DNA of 64,000 nt from Ignavibacteria bacterium (GCA_016178595.1 JACOSY010000029.1:17002-81001), one strand, 5' to 3'. Shown: positions 1 through 10,481, counted from the first letter of the stretch. Notes: generated from the letters alone by a model not told the origin. Numbers and translations are program-made.

Positions 1-1847
1 ACAACCTTGAGGTAAACGGAAGAATCGGCCACAAGCTTCGGTGGAATTGGCGGGCATGACAGGAACGTATCGACCTGAAGCATGATCTCGCGAACGGTCT
101 TGTTGTCGAACGGCGTTGCGTTGCTGTAGATGAGCTCGCCCAGACCCTGCGGGAAAATTCCCGAGTCGCTTGCGGCAGCATTCAGCTTCAGGGTCAGCTG
201 CTCAGCGAAGAGGATATTGTTGTGCTTGTCCGGCGGAAGTCCTTTCTGACTCTTGTTGATCGACATGTGGTTCTTGTCGAACGTGTTGAGACAATGCGGT
301 GGATCGGTGTGGTAGAGATCGCCGCCTTTCTTTTCCTTCACAAGCGACTTCAGTACGTCTTTATACTTCGGGAGATAGACTGAGTGCGGGCCGGTTGCGA
401 CGCCAACCGTCAGTTGGACGAGCGTTTGCATGATGCCGCCATATATGTCCTCGCCGACATTGTGGAGGTTGGGCATAGGAAGAAGCAAAAGATTGTAAAT
501 AAGGGAATCGCTTGGAATTTTACCCTTGATTGTCCTGAACGGGCCAGAATGACCAGTCGCGATCCATTCATAGGAAGCTTTCATGGGCGAGCCTTTGTAT
601 CCTCGTCCCGTGACTATGTAGCTCAGGTTGATATCATACTCTTGTGTGGGCGCCCATGATTTCGCTGGAGTGCTCAGGACACCTTGTGGCGTCGTGTCGC
701 CAGTAGCCTCTACAGTGATAACAGCCGTCGTAGGCACTGAGAAAATCAGATTAAGAGTTGCATTGTTTACAGGTGGTTTTATTCTGAACCTAAAATCTAC
801 TTTATCCGGCTTGCACTTGATGGACTTACGTTTGTCATGCTGGTCTTTCGCATCCGCCCAATCTCTATACGCAGCTGTTCGGTACTTCACATTGCCGGAG
901 GTGTCTACGATTTCCGGAGGAGGCGTGCCATTCGAGACGATGCGGTCACCACCGTAGAACGTGCCGCCGGTATTCTGGGCGACAGCGCGGAAGTGAATCC
1001 GCGTGTTCATCGGCAGACTGCTGGGATCGAACGGTTCCGAGATGTTCGCGCTCGTTCCATCGGTGACGGACTGCGGAGTCGTCGATGTGCCGTAGGTTTT
1101 AGTAGGTCCATAATCGAACCACACGGACGTCGTGCCTGCAGTTGTTTGCGGGATGTTATCTGGTGTTGATGCAGGTCCGCTCGGCGCGTGGACGATGCCC
1201 TCGAAGTCAGCACTCGCCCACCCGTAGGTTGAGACTACCGGAAGCGACGTGCCGGGTAAGGGTCCCTCGGCGATAATATAAGCATAATAAGGAATCCAGG
1301 GCTGGGGGTTCGGAGGAAGGCTCAAGAGCGTGTAGGAGTGTTGCGCTTTCATGTCGACGTTGAAGATCGATCCAGCCAAATCCATCTTGAACCTGACCGA
1401 TCCGCTGAAGTAAGGAGTCAGATCTGGCCAGGAAAAGATGAACGGAAAGCCCCAGATGTCGTCTGCGTTGAAACCAACGGGGAAGGTATCGATCTGTGAT
1501 GAGCTTTCGTACGGCCTCAGATCAAGGTATTGGCCACACGACCCGCTCCCGCACGGTCCCCCAAAGCGCGCATCAAAGGTTGGCGGCGGCGGCGGTATTT
1601 CTTCCTCTCCGAGCACAGCATCGATGCCCTTCGTCGCACGAGGATGAATTCCAAAATGAATGGCGAACGTGACGTAATTATTCTCGTTAACTACGAATGG
1701 AATGGAAAAGCTTGGCGTATCCACAAGCGTTATCGACGAAACGTGGAGCGGATTTGCCCAAACAGGCGCGATCGGGCCACCGACAAGAAGAACACAAAGA
1801 AGCGCGATGATCGGTATCCATAACTCATATCGTACGAAGAGTTTCAT
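1..1847 (-). CDS. Secreted protein, probable T9SS cargo (runs off the left edge; absent from the ORF track)
   Basis: Manual translation of the minus strand from ATG 1847 is open for 615 codons to the window edge. N-terminus MKLFVRYELWIPIIALLCVLLVGGPIAPVWA is a signal peptide. It contains GIHPRATKGIDAVLGEEEIPPPPPTFDARF and LTLKLNAAASDSGIFPQGLGEL, which resemble modules of Ignavibacteria-type secreted proteins. Confidence 0.85.
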   Translation of the reverse strand, partial: MKLFVRYELWIPIIALLCVLLVGGPIAPVWANPLHVSSITLVDTPSFSIPFVVNENNYVTFAIHFGIHPRATKGIDAVLGEEEIPPPPPTFDARFGGPCGSGSCGQYLDLRPYESSSQIDTFPVGFNADDIWGFPFIFSWPDLTPYFSGSVRFKMDLAGSIFNVDMKAQHSYTLLSLPPNPQPWIPYYAYIIAEGPLPGTSLPVVSTYGWASADFEGIVHAPSGPASTPDNIPQTTAGTTSVWFDYGPTKTYGTSTTPQSVTDGTSANISEPFDPSSLPMNTRIHFRAVAQNTGGTFYGGDRIVSNGTPPPEIVDTSGNVKYRTAAYRDWADAKDQHDKRKSIKCKPDKVDFRFRIKPPVNNATLNLIFSVPTTAVITVEATGDTTPQGVLSTPAKSWAPTQEYDINLSYIVTGRGYKGSPMKASYEWIATGHSGPFRTIKGKIPSDSLIYNLLLLPMPNLHNVGEDIYGGIMQTLVQLTVGVATGPHSVYLPKYKDVLKSLVKEKKGGDLYHTDPPHCLNTFDKNHMSINKSQKGLPPDKHNNILFAEQLTLKLNAAASDSGIFPQGLGELIYSNATPFDNKTVREIMLQVDTFLSCPPIPPKLVADSSVYLKV

Positions 1848-2086
1848 GGCTGTTTCCTTTCGTGAATGTTTTGATGTGTCACACATATTTTTTTTCGTTA
1901 AGACTCCAGACGCGGAAATCGTTTACGCACTTATAGTACGAGCACCATTTGACGGCAGAATAAACGCATGAAGCAGTGATTGAATTGTGTGAGAACGATG
2001 ATCCAGACTGAAGATTTCCGAGAGATAAATTCATCGTAACTCGAGACTGCCAGTACCATGAGTATCAGGTAGGGAATGATGAAGGT

Positions 2087-2115
2087 AACATACTCTATAG
2101 TAGTGTAAAAGTCAA
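2087..2115 (-). promoter_or_regulatory. Sigma70-like promoter for the left-edge gene
   Basis: Minus strand TTGACT-17 nt-TATGTT. Confidence 0.5.
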
Positions 2116-2206
2116 TGGGGGAATTCCCTACATTTTCGTCAGGACTTCTCCTGGCTTCGAAGATCGTGCTGAATCAAGGATTTCGGTCGCAGATTGGGCA
2201 GTTATC

Positions 2207-2235
2207 TTGCTTCTCTTACACTCATTTGTTATTAT
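2207..2235 (+). promoter_or_regulatory. Sigma70-like promoter for the polyprenyl synthase-pts operon
   Basis: TTGCTT-17 nt-TATTAT, about 60 nt upstream of the CDS. Confidence 0.45.
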
Positions 2236-2294
2236 GATTCATAATTGATTGTGTCCAACCCTTATTCTGACCATCCCTGAGCGTATCGAATACT

Positions 2295-3281
2295 TTGAGC
2301 AAAAAGAGTTTTCAGAGTCTCTATGCTACATATAAGCGTCGTGTCGAGCGGCGGCTCCAGCAGCTTGTCCGTCTCCAGACACCGGAGTCGATCTATGCGC
2401 CAATGCGATATGTGCTTTCCGCCGGCGGTAAAAGACTGCGAGCAGTACTTGTCCTCTTGTCATGTGAGGCAATGGGTACTGGCGCTGAACGCGCAATGCC
2501 GGCTGCTGTGGCAACGGAAGTCTTGCACAACTTCACACTCGTTCACGACGACGTCATGGACAATGCGGACTTGCGGCGCGGCAGGCTGACAATTCATAAG
2601 AAATGGGATGTGAATGTCGCAATCCTTGTCGGCGATGAACTGATTGCGCATGCGTACCGCTCACTCGTACAAACACGGACGCCCCGCCTGACGAAGGTGC
2701 TCAGCCTTTTCACCGACGCATTCATTCAGGTCTGCGACGGACAAGGGTTGGATAAAGAATTCGAAAGCCGCATGCAGGTCAGTCTCGACGAGTACTATGC
2801 CATGATCGGCAAGAAGACCGGTCGCGTGATTGCAGCATCGACAGAGATCGGTGCAACGATTGGCGATGGATCGCCCAAAGAAATTTCTGCACTGCGGAAA
2901 TTCGGCGAGCATCTTGGCAGGGCATTTCAAATTAAGGACGACCTTCTTGACATTACCGGCGATGAGGAGAAATTCGGGAAAGCGATCGGCGGAGACATCG
3001 TTGAAGGTAAGAAAACGTTCCTTTTGCTGACGGCACTGAACAGGACACGCGGAAACGATCGTGATCTGGTAAGATCGGTTGTGAAGCGGGATGGCATTAC
3101 CCATAACGACGTCGAGCGCGTTCGCACGCTCTACGAACGATCCGGTGTACTGGATGCCGCACGCCGAGAGATCGCTGCCTGTACGCATCAGGCCCAGCGA
3201 GCGTTGCGGCCGCTCATCCCCAGTCGGGCAAAGGAGATGCTTCTCTGGCTTTCAGAACAGCTTCTGGAGAGGATGTCGTAA
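2295..3281 (+). CDS. Polyprenyl synthetase (short-chain FPP/GGPP synthase type)
   Basis: GGKRLR, first motif NFTLVHDDVMD (aromatic residue five before the first Asp), RRG, GQGLD, second motif FQIKDDLLD. Confidence 0.93.
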   Translation: MSKKSFQSLYATYKRRVERRLQQLVRLQTPESIYAPMRYVLSAGGKRLRAVLVLLSCEAMGTGAERAMPAAVATEVLHNFTLVHDDVMDNADLRRGRLTIHKKWDVNVAILVGDELIAHAYRSLVQTRTPRLTKVLSLFTDAFIQVCDGQGLDKEFESRMQVSLDEYYAMIGKKTGRVIAASTEIGATIGDGSPKEISALRKFGEHLGRAFQIKDDLLDITGDEEKFGKAIGGDIVEGKKTFLLLTALNRTRGNDRDLVRSVVKRDGITHNDVERVRTLYERSGVLDAARREIAACTHQAQRALRPLIPSRAKEMLLWLSEQLLERMS

Positions 3282-3288
3282 AAGGGCG

Positions 3289-3552
3289 ATGATCGAACGA
3301 GAGGTGACAATTAAGAACCGCTCCGGTCTGCACACACGGCCGGCTGCGACACTCGTAAAGACGGCATCGAAATATCAATCTGATTTCGTTATCATCAAAG
3401 ACGATATGGAAATTAACGGAAAGAGTATTATTGGCGTGATGACACTCGCTGCCGAGCAAGGATCAAAGCTCCTCTTGCGCTTCGATGGACCTGACAAGGA
3501 AGCCGCCGCCGCCGCCGTCATCGAATTATTCGAGCACGGCTTCGATGAGTGA
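3289..3552 (+). CDS. ptsH: Phosphocarrier protein HPr
   Basis: MIEREVTIKNRSGLHTRPAA (His15 motif) and NGKSIIGVMTL (Ser46 motif); 87 aa from ATG 3289. Confidence 0.95.
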   Translation: MIEREVTIKNRSGLHTRPAATLVKTASKYQSDFVIIKDDMEINGKSIIGVMTLAAEQGSKLLLRFDGPDKEAAAAAVIELFEHGFDE

Positions 3553-5332
3553 GGAGAACGTGCAAACGCAGAAGACGATGAAGAAAGAAATCATTCTCAA
3601 AGGTATTCCCGCCTCGCCGGGTATCTCGGTCGGTGCTGCCTTCCTCTTTGCGAAAGAAATTCCACGCGTCGACGAACGAACGGTTCGTGATGAAGACCTT
3701 CCGCATGAAGTTGAGCGGCTCGAACACGCCATTCAGAAATCAGCGAAAGAGCTGAACAAAATTCTCCTCTTTGCACAGATGAAAGTCGGCGACGCCAAGG
3801 CGAAGATTTTCGAAGCGCAGATCATGGTACTCGAGGATCAGGTACTGATCGATACGATCAAGCAGCGCATCCGGAAGGAGAAGAAAAACACCGAGTACAT
3901 TGTGAGCGATGAAATCGGCAAGTACGCAAAACTCATGATGCGTGCGCACGATGAGTACATGCATGAGCGTGCGCACGATATGGAAGATCTGCAAAATCGC
4001 ATCATCCGAAATCTCCAGCAAGAGAAACTCATCTCGAAACTGGAGGGATCCATTATTGTCGTTGCACACATACTCACCCCCGCCGATACAATGATCCTCA
4101 GCCGCAATCACGTCCTGGGGTATGCGACCGATCTCGGCGGCACGACCTCTCACGCAGCCTTGTTCTCTCGCTCGCTGAAAATTCCTGCTATCGTTGCGCT
4201 TGGAGACGTAACGCGTGAAGCAGAGACGGGCGACCTTGTGATTATCGACGGATACAGCGGTACGCTGGTCATCCATCCGACACCCGAACGCATCGATGAA
4301 TACGAGCGGAAGCGGGAACACATGATGCGCTTCGAGGAAGAACTCGCCGAGCTCAAAGACTTGCCGGCAGTGACATCCGATGGCCATAACGTCGAGTTGT
4401 CGGCCAACATTGAGCTTCCCCAAGAATTAGAGTATGTCGTCCTTCAAGGCTCACGGGGTGTGGGACTTTACCGCACGGAAGGTCTTCTCATCGGCTGGGA
4501 TGATTTTCCATCGGAGGATGAACAGTACCAGGAGTACAAGCGCATCGCCGATCGGATCTATCCACATCGCGTCATCATGCGCACGTTCGATATCGGCGGT
4601 GATAAGATTGCACCGGAGATGGCCGAAGAGCAGAATCCATTCTTAGGCTGGCGCGGTATTCGCGTCTGCTTCGACCGTCCGGATTTATTCATGAATCAGC
4701 TTCGCGCAATGCTGAGGGCAAGCACGCGCAAGAACCTTGCCATCATGTTTCCGATGATTACGACGATCGACGAAGTACGCAAAGCGAAGGAATATCTGCA
4801 GCAGGCAAAGGCAGATCTCCATGCGAGGAATGTCAAGTTCGATGACGGCATACAATTGGGCGTCATGATCGAGGTGCCGGCAGCGGCTCTTACCGCAGCA
4901 TTGATCGCAGCAGAGGTGGATTTCCTGAGTGTCGGCTCGAACGACCTCATCCAGTACCTGCTTGCCGTCGATCGCGGTAACAGTCTCGTCTCTGCCCTCT
5001 ACCGCGAGTTCGAGCCGGCCGTCCTCACGACACTCAAGCATGTCATCAACGCCGGACACAAGCAAGGCATCTGGGTCGGGATTTGCGGCGAGATGGCAGG
5101 ACATCCGCTTGCAGCACCGCTTCTGATCGGACTTGGTATGGACGAGCTGAGCGTCGTTCCCGTCGTTCTCCCCGAGATCAAGAAGATTATTCGCTCACTC
5201 AGCCATAAACAAATGCAGGAGATTGCGAAGACCGCACTCAGCCTGACCACGGGTAAAGAGGTGGAGAAGTATTTGCGGGATTTCCTGATGAAGGCATTGC
5301 CCGATCTTCCACTCGATGATACAACTCTTTAA
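3545..5332 (+). CDS. ptsI: PEP-protein phosphotransferase (PTS Enzyme I)
   Basis: GIPASPGI, GGTTSHAA (phospho-His), GVGLYRTE, RTFDIGGDK, NPFLGWRGIR, SVGSNDLIQY, GICGE. Start taken at ATG 3545, overlapping the ptsH stop. Confidence 0.97.
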   Translation: MSEENVQTQKTMKKEIILKGIPASPGISVGAAFLFAKEIPRVDERTVRDEDLPHEVERLEHAIQKSAKELNKILLFAQMKVGDAKAKIFEAQIMVLEDQVLIDTIKQRIRKEKKNTEYIVSDEIGKYAKLMMRAHDEYMHERAHDMEDLQNRIIRNLQQEKLISKLEGSIIVVAHILTPADTMILSRNHVLGYATDLGGTTSHAALFSRSLKIPAIVALGDVTREAETGDLVIIDGYSGTLVIHPTPERIDEYERKREHMMRFEEELAELKDLPAVTSDGHNVELSANIELPQELEYVVLQGSRGVGLYRTEGLLIGWDDFPSEDEQYQEYKRIADRIYPHRVIMRTFDIGGDKIAPEMAEEQNPFLGWRGIRVCFDRPDLFMNQLRAMLRASTRKNLAIMFPMITTIDEVRKAKEYLQQAKADLHARNVKFDDGIQLGVMIEVPAAALTAALIAAEVDFLSVGSNDLIQYLLAVDRGNSLVSALYREFEPAVLTTLKHVINAGHKQGIWVGICGEMAGHPLAAPLLIGLGMDELSVVPVVLPEIKKIIRSLSHKQMQEIAKTALSLTTGKEVEKYLRDFLMKALPDLPLDDTTL

Positions 5333-5341
5333 AAACTCTCT

Positions 5342-6388
5342 ATGACAGAATCCACGATAGCACGGTACGACACATCGAACATGCGGAAACTGCTCATCGA
5401 GTTTCCGAAGCAAGTTGAGGATGCGGTACGAATCGGGAATCGGGCCAAGGTTCGCCTGAATCGCAGCAAGATCCGTAACATCGTCGTGACTGGACTTGGG
5501 GGATCGGCAATCGGCGGCGATGTGCTCCGTTCATACGTTGCCGATCAACTTGCCGTTCCATTTATTGTTAATCGTCACTATGTGATGCCGGAATTCGTCG
5601 ATGAAGGAAGCCTCGTGGTCGTCTCGAGTTACTCCGGCAATACTGAAGAAACGATCAGCGCGCATCGTGATGCAACGAAGCGCGGTGCGCAGGTTTTCTG
5701 CATCAGCTCGAACGGAGAAACGGCACGGCTGGCAAAAAAATACCGGCAGCCGTTGATTGCCATTCCAAAAAAATTTCCTCCGCGTGCAGCGCTTGGGTAT
5801 TCGTTCTTTCCGCTTCTCGTGACACTCGCAAACTCACAGTTCATCCGGTCGCAAGAAAAGGACATTGCCGAGACGATAGAACTGCTGAGAAAAAAGTCCG
5901 TCGCCTATCGTTCGGCAGGGACGGAAAACATCGCTTTGAAAATCGCACGGAAGCTGCGGAGTAAACTTCCTATTACGTATTCTGCGGTGGATCGGTTCGA
6001 CTCGGTCAACCTCCGCTGGCGCGGCCAGCTTGCCGAGAACGCCAAGGTGCTCGCCTTCGGACATGTTGTGCCGGAGATGAATCACAATGAGCTTGTCGGA
6101 TGGAATGTCTTGAAGCAGCTGATGCAGAAGATGGTCGTGATCTTCCTCCGGGATAAAGGAGATCACAAGCGTGTTGTGCTGCGGATGGATATTACCAAAG
6201 AACTCGTGCAGCGGTACGCCGCCGATGTGATCGAGGTAGAAAGCGAAGGACGCTCCGTACTCGCGCGGATGTTCTCGTTGATCTATCTCGGCGATTGGGT
6301 AAGCTATTATTTGGCGATCCTCAACAACGTCGATCCCATGCCTGTGAAGGTCATTGATTATTTGAAGAATGAGCTGGCGAAGGTGTAA
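5342..6388 (+). CDS. Bifunctional phosphoglucose/phosphomannose isomerase (double SIS)
   Basis: GLGGSAIGG, SSYSGNTEET, PPRAALGY, QLAENAK, PEMNHNE. Confidence 0.92.
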   Translation: MTESTIARYDTSNMRKLLIEFPKQVEDAVRIGNRAKVRLNRSKIRNIVVTGLGGSAIGGDVLRSYVADQLAVPFIVNRHYVMPEFVDEGSLVVVSSYSGNTEETISAHRDATKRGAQVFCISSNGETARLAKKYRQPLIAIPKKFPPRAALGYSFFPLLVTLANSQFIRSQEKDIAETIELLRKKSVAYRSAGTENIALKIARKLRSKLPITYSAVDRFDSVNLRWRGQLAENAKVLAFGHVVPEMNHNELVGWNVLKQLMQKMVVIFLRDKGDHKRVVLRMDITKELVQRYAADVIEVESEGRSVLARMFSLIYLGDWVSYYLAILNNVDPMPVKVIDYLKNELAKV

Positions 6389-6397
6389 GCGGAGGTA

Positions 6398-6433
6398 TTG
6401 CATCTTGACCGGCAAGTCGTATATTAATAGAAT
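6398..6433 (+). promoter_or_regulatory. Tandem sigma70-like promoters upstream of the Omp85 operon
   Basis: TTGACC-17-TAGAAT (6405-6433) and TTGCAT-16-TATATT (6398-6425). Confidence 0.5.
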
Positions 6434-6474
6434 GAGCGTTTGACTCCGGTGTTGTTGAAGGGTATATAAGTCTC

Positions 6475-9324
6475 GTGCGTCGTTTCATCCCATACTACGG
6501 TGTTCTTCTCCTCCTGATCGTCTCCTCTGCGTCTGCACAGTTCTTTTACTTCGGCCGCAACAAAGTCCAGTACACCGACTTCGATTGGCACGTCCTCAAG
6601 ACCGAGCATTTCGATATCTACTACTATCCGGAAATGAAAGATCTCGCTGAGCGCGGTGCCTCCATCGCCGAAGAGAGCTACAAAGTGCTTGAGCAGAAGT
6701 TCAATCACAATGTTCTCAACCGCATTCCGCTCATTTTCTACAGCTCGCATTTGCATTTCCAGCAAACCAACACCACCCCGGATTTTATTCCTGAAGGTGT
6801 CGGCGGATTCTTCGAATTCCTCAAGGGCCGTGTCGTTATTCCCTACGATGGCTCGATGTGGAATTTCCGCCACGTTATCTGCCACGAGCTTGTTCATGTC
6901 TTCATGCACAGCAAAATCAACCGGGTGCTTTTGGATCATCGCATGGCGCAGGATCACCTGCCCCCGTTGTGGTTTGTGGAAGGACTCGCTGAGTTCTGGT
7001 CGACAGAATGGGACATACAGGCCGAGATGGTTATGCGCGACGCGGTTGTGAGCGGATACCTTGTCCCGCTCAGCGATATGGATCGCATCTTCGGAACGTT
7101 CCTGATGTACAAGGAAGGACAGAACATTCTCGAGTTCATTGCCGGACGCTATGGGCAGGAGAAAATTCTTCTTCTCATGGAGAACTTCTGGAAGTCGGGC
7201 TCGTTCGACGAGATCTTCAAGTTAACGTTCGACAAGAATTACACCGAGTTCGATCGTGAGTGGACGTACGCGTTGAAAAAGAAATACTATCCGCTCCTTT
7301 CCTCATCAGACCAACCGAGCGCAGTCTCGAAGCCAATTGTTATCGAGGGATTTAACTCAAAACCGGTCTACTACCATCGGGGGAACCGGAAGGAAATCTA
7401 CTTCATCGGCAACCATACCGGCTATACGAGCATCTTCCGCGTTCGATTGGACAGTACAATGACTCATAAACCCGAAGTCGTGATTGAAGGAGAAAAGACA
7501 GACGAGTTCGAAGCGTTCCATCTTTTTCAAAGCAAACTGGATATTTCCTCCAAAGGCATTCTTGCATTCGTGACGAAGAGCGGCGAGAACGATGCGCTCC
7601 ATCTCTATGATATCGAGAAAGAGGAAATAGTGGAAACGTACCACTTCAAAGATCTTGTCGTACTCGGTTCACCGGCGTGGTCGCCGGATGGAAGGGACAT
7701 CGTTTTCACGGCCGTCGATAAATCCGGCAGCAGTGATCTCTACGTGTGGGACGTCGATAGCAGCATGCTCACGCGCCTGACGAACGACATTTACGATGAG
7801 CGCGATCCGGAGTGGTCGCCCAGCGGCGGCAAGATCGTTTTCAGCTCGGATCGAACGCCATTCGGCGAGCATGGCAAGTATAATCTTTTCCTGTACGATT
7901 TTTCAACACACGACATTCTGTACCTCACGTACGGGGATGAGAGTTATACCGCACCGCGCTGGTCGGGCGATGGGCGCTCACTTATTTTCACATCAGACCG
8001 CGGCGGTGCGCGCAATGTATGGATGCTGCGCTTCGATAGCGCCAGCACGACGGCGCACGAGATGCGAAAAATCACCGAGCTTACCACAGCCGCTTTCGAT
8101 CCGGCATGGGCCGACACCAACCTCATTTTCGTTGCGTTCGAGGATTTCAGTTTCCAGATACGCTCACTTTCCGATATCAATGCGGCATACGATTCATCGA
8201 AAACAACACTCACGTTGAATATCATACCAACAGAGAAGCCATGGAAACCGAAGACAGTTGCGGGAGAATCGGAAGTAAAATCATTCCGCTACACCGGCGA
8301 ATACAGTCTGGATATCGCGCAGAGCCAAATTGCAACCGATCCCGTCTTTGGCACCAATGGAGGCGCATTTCTTTCGCTCAGCGATCTTCTCGGGAACGAG
8401 CAATACTACTTTCTTATTTACAATACGGCGCAGTCGTCGGATGAATTATTGTCAAGCTTCAACATAGCGATCTCACGCATCTCACTTCAACAGCGTGCAA
8501 ATTATGCCTACGGCATCTACCGCTTCAGCGGCAGACGGTATGACTTAACCGATCCCGATCTCTTTTTCTTTGAAAAAGTGTTTGGCGGATACTTTACGCT
8601 GAGCTACCCGATTTCGAAATTTCGTCGGGTTGCAACGGCACTCAGCGTGAGCAACTCTGAAAAGGATGCATCGGACCTCCCGTTCACATCCTCATCGGGT
8701 GGTTCATCGAACATCGACCTCGCACGGCGCGCATTGTTCCTGTCAAACTCAATTTCTTTCACGCACGATAACTCGCTCTGGGGGCCGAGCGGTCCAATCG
8801 ATGGGAGCCGCTTCAATATTACGCTCGGTTATACGACTGACATCCAGTACTCGAATGCCAACTATTACTCGATCATTCTCGACTATCGTCACTATCTCCG
8901 CATTGCACAGCGATCGGCCTATGCCGTTAGGCTATGGCTTTTCTATAACGAAGGCCGTGAGGCGCGACGGTTCTTCATGGGTGGGAGCTGGGACTTGCGC
9001 GGCTACGAGCGCTTCAAGTTGAGGGGCAAGAAACTCTGGCTCATCAGCAACGAGTTGCGCTTCCCGTTCGTGGATCAACTTGCCGTCCGATTCCCGATCG
9101 GCGGGTTGACGCTGGTCGGAATCCGCGGCGCACTGTTCTTTGATGCGGGAAATGCGTGGGACGACGTCTACACGGAAACGCTGGGCAGTATCGGTGGCGG
9201 TGTACGGATGAACCTCGGAGGAGCGCTCGTCCTCCGTTACGACATCGGCAAGCGCATTGAAGAAAACTTCTCGCATCTGCAGCCCGGTCTTTTCTATCAA
9301 TTCTTTTTCGGCTGGGATTTCTGA
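6475..9324 (+). CDS. Omp85/BamA-superfamily outer-membrane protein with N-terminal zincin (peptidase MA-like) domain and PD40/TolB-like beta-propeller
   Basis: Signal peptide; HELVH followed by WFVEGLAE; PD40-like repeats (SPAWSPDG, DPEWSPSG, APRWSGDG); C-terminal barrel with GGSWDLRGY, FFDAGNAW and terminal FFFGWDF. Confidence 0.88.
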   Translation: MRRFIPYYGVLLLLIVSSASAQFFYFGRNKVQYTDFDWHVLKTEHFDIYYYPEMKDLAERGASIAEESYKVLEQKFNHNVLNRIPLIFYSSHLHFQQTNTTPDFIPEGVGGFFEFLKGRVVIPYDGSMWNFRHVICHELVHVFMHSKINRVLLDHRMAQDHLPPLWFVEGLAEFWSTEWDIQAEMVMRDAVVSGYLVPLSDMDRIFGTFLMYKEGQNILEFIAGRYGQEKILLLMENFWKSGSFDEIFKLTFDKNYTEFDREWTYALKKKYYPLLSSSDQPSAVSKPIVIEGFNSKPVYYHRGNRKEIYFIGNHTGYTSIFRVRLDSTMTHKPEVVIEGEKTDEFEAFHLFQSKLDISSKGILAFVTKSGENDALHLYDIEKEEIVETYHFKDLVVLGSPAWSPDGRDIVFTAVDKSGSSDLYVWDVDSSMLTRLTNDIYDERDPEWSPSGGKIVFSSDRTPFGEHGKYNLFLYDFSTHDILYLTYGDESYTAPRWSGDGRSLIFTSDRGGARNVWMLRFDSASTTAHEMRKITELTTAAFDPAWADTNLIFVAFEDFSFQIRSLSDINAAYDSSKTTLTLNIIPTEKPWKPKTVAGESEVKSFRYTGEYSLDIAQSQIATDPVFGTNGGAFLSLSDLLGNEQYYFLIYNTAQSSDELLSSFNIAISRISLQQRANYAYGIYRFSGRRYDLTDPDLFFFEKVFGGYFTLSYPISKFRRVATALSVSNSEKDASDLPFTSSSGGSSNIDLARRALFLSNSISFTHDNSLWGPSGPIDGSRFNITLGYTTDIQYSNANYYSIILDYRHYLRIAQRSAYAVRLWLFYNEGREARRFFMGGSWDLRGYERFKLRGKKLWLISNELRFPFVDQLAVRFPIGGLTLVGIRGALFFDAGNAWDDVYTETLGSIGGGVRMNLGGALVLRYDIGKRIEENFSHLQPGLFYQFFFGWDF

Positions 9325-10481
9325 TGCGAAGACAGCTTTGCACGATACTCAGTACTATTGTTGGGCTTGTTGCAGCAAGTTGCAGCTACATTAAACTGCA
9401 GCAGGTGCCCGCAACAACCGCAGATGACTGGATCATGTACGGCGGTACGATTGAACGGACCAATGTCGCGAAAACAGTCGTCAAGCCTCCGCTCGCTCTC
9501 GTGTGGGAGTATGATGCATCGGCGGGATTCAGTCCATATTCTGCGGCAATCGCCGAGAGCCTGTTGTTTATCGGTAATCTCCAGGGGGAGGTCCACATCG
9601 TTCACGCAGCAACGGGCAAAGGAATCGGTGCGTACGATTTTGGATCGGCAATTGTTGGAACACCGGTTATTGATGGAAGTACAATGTACGTAGCCCTTAC
9701 AAGGGAAGAAGAAAACCTTATCTCGTACAACCTCACAAACGGTGCCATTGCATGGAAGAAAAAGATTGACGATATCGAGACCTCGCCGCTGCTCGTCGGG
9801 AAGCGACTCTACCTCACGACGTTACAAGGGAAGCTGATGTGTGTGGAAAAGCACAACGGCGAGACTGCCTGGACATACGAGGTACCTGTGAACGCGCGCA
9901 CGCGAATGATTCGTTCGTCGCCGGCAAGCGATAGCAGCATCGTCGTCTTCGGTTGCGACGACGGCAACATCTACGCAGTGGGAATTGAGAATGGAAGGCT
10001 GCGCTGGACTGCGCAGACAGGTGCCAGTGTGGTCGCCTCGCCGTCGATTCGGAACGGGAAAGTATTCGTCGGTTCGCTCGATCGAAATTTCTATGCGTTC
10101 GATGTGTCAACGGGAAAGCTAATCTGGAAGCAATCGCTTGGCGGGATGATCTATGCCTCGCAAGCGATCGGTGAGCACAGCGTCTATGTCGGAACTGCCG
10201 GACGAAACGTCTACTGTCTCGATGCCGAAACAGGCGGGATCGTTTGGAAGGCAACGACCAACGACGTCATCAATGCGGCGCCGCTCCTTTCGGGCGATGC
10301 CCTCTACGTCGGTTCCATCGACAAAACGCTTTACGCGTACGATGCAACAACGGGTGATGTGCTCTGGAAATACGCAGTCGATGGCCGGATCAAAACGATG
10401 CCGATTGCTTCGAAACATTTTCTCTTCGTGCTGGTAGAGGATCGCACAGTCATGGCATTCAGACACAGTGAGGGAAAATGA
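9324..10481 (+). CDS. PQQ-like beta-propeller lipoprotein (BamB-like)
   Basis: Lipobox-like VAASC; repeated 'G-x-xx-lYAfD-xx-tG-xxx-W' PQQ repeats; start overlaps the Omp85 stop. Confidence 0.85.
   Translation: MRRQLCTILSTIVGLVAASCSYIKLQQVPATTADDWIMYGGTIERTNVAKTVVKPPLALVWEYDASAGFSPYSAAIAESLLFIGNLQGEVHIVHAATGKGIGAYDFGSAIVGTPVIDGSTMYVALTREEENLISYNLTNGAIAWKKKIDDIETSPLLVGKRLYLTTLQGKLMCVEKHNGETAWTYEVPVNARTRMIRSSPASDSSIVVFGCDDGNIYAVGIENGRLRWTAQTGASVVASPSIRNGKVFVGSLDRNFYAFDVSTGKLIWKQSLGGMIYASQAIGEHSVYVGTAGRNVYCLDAETGGIVWKATTNDVINAAPLLSGDALYVGSIDKTLYAYDATTGDVLWKYAVDGRIKTMPIASKHFLFVLVEDRTVMAFRHSEGK

Noticed and set aside
384-1971. Plus-strand ORFs at 384-1971
   Set aside because: They are shadows of the long minus-strand secreted-protein gene (1-1847).
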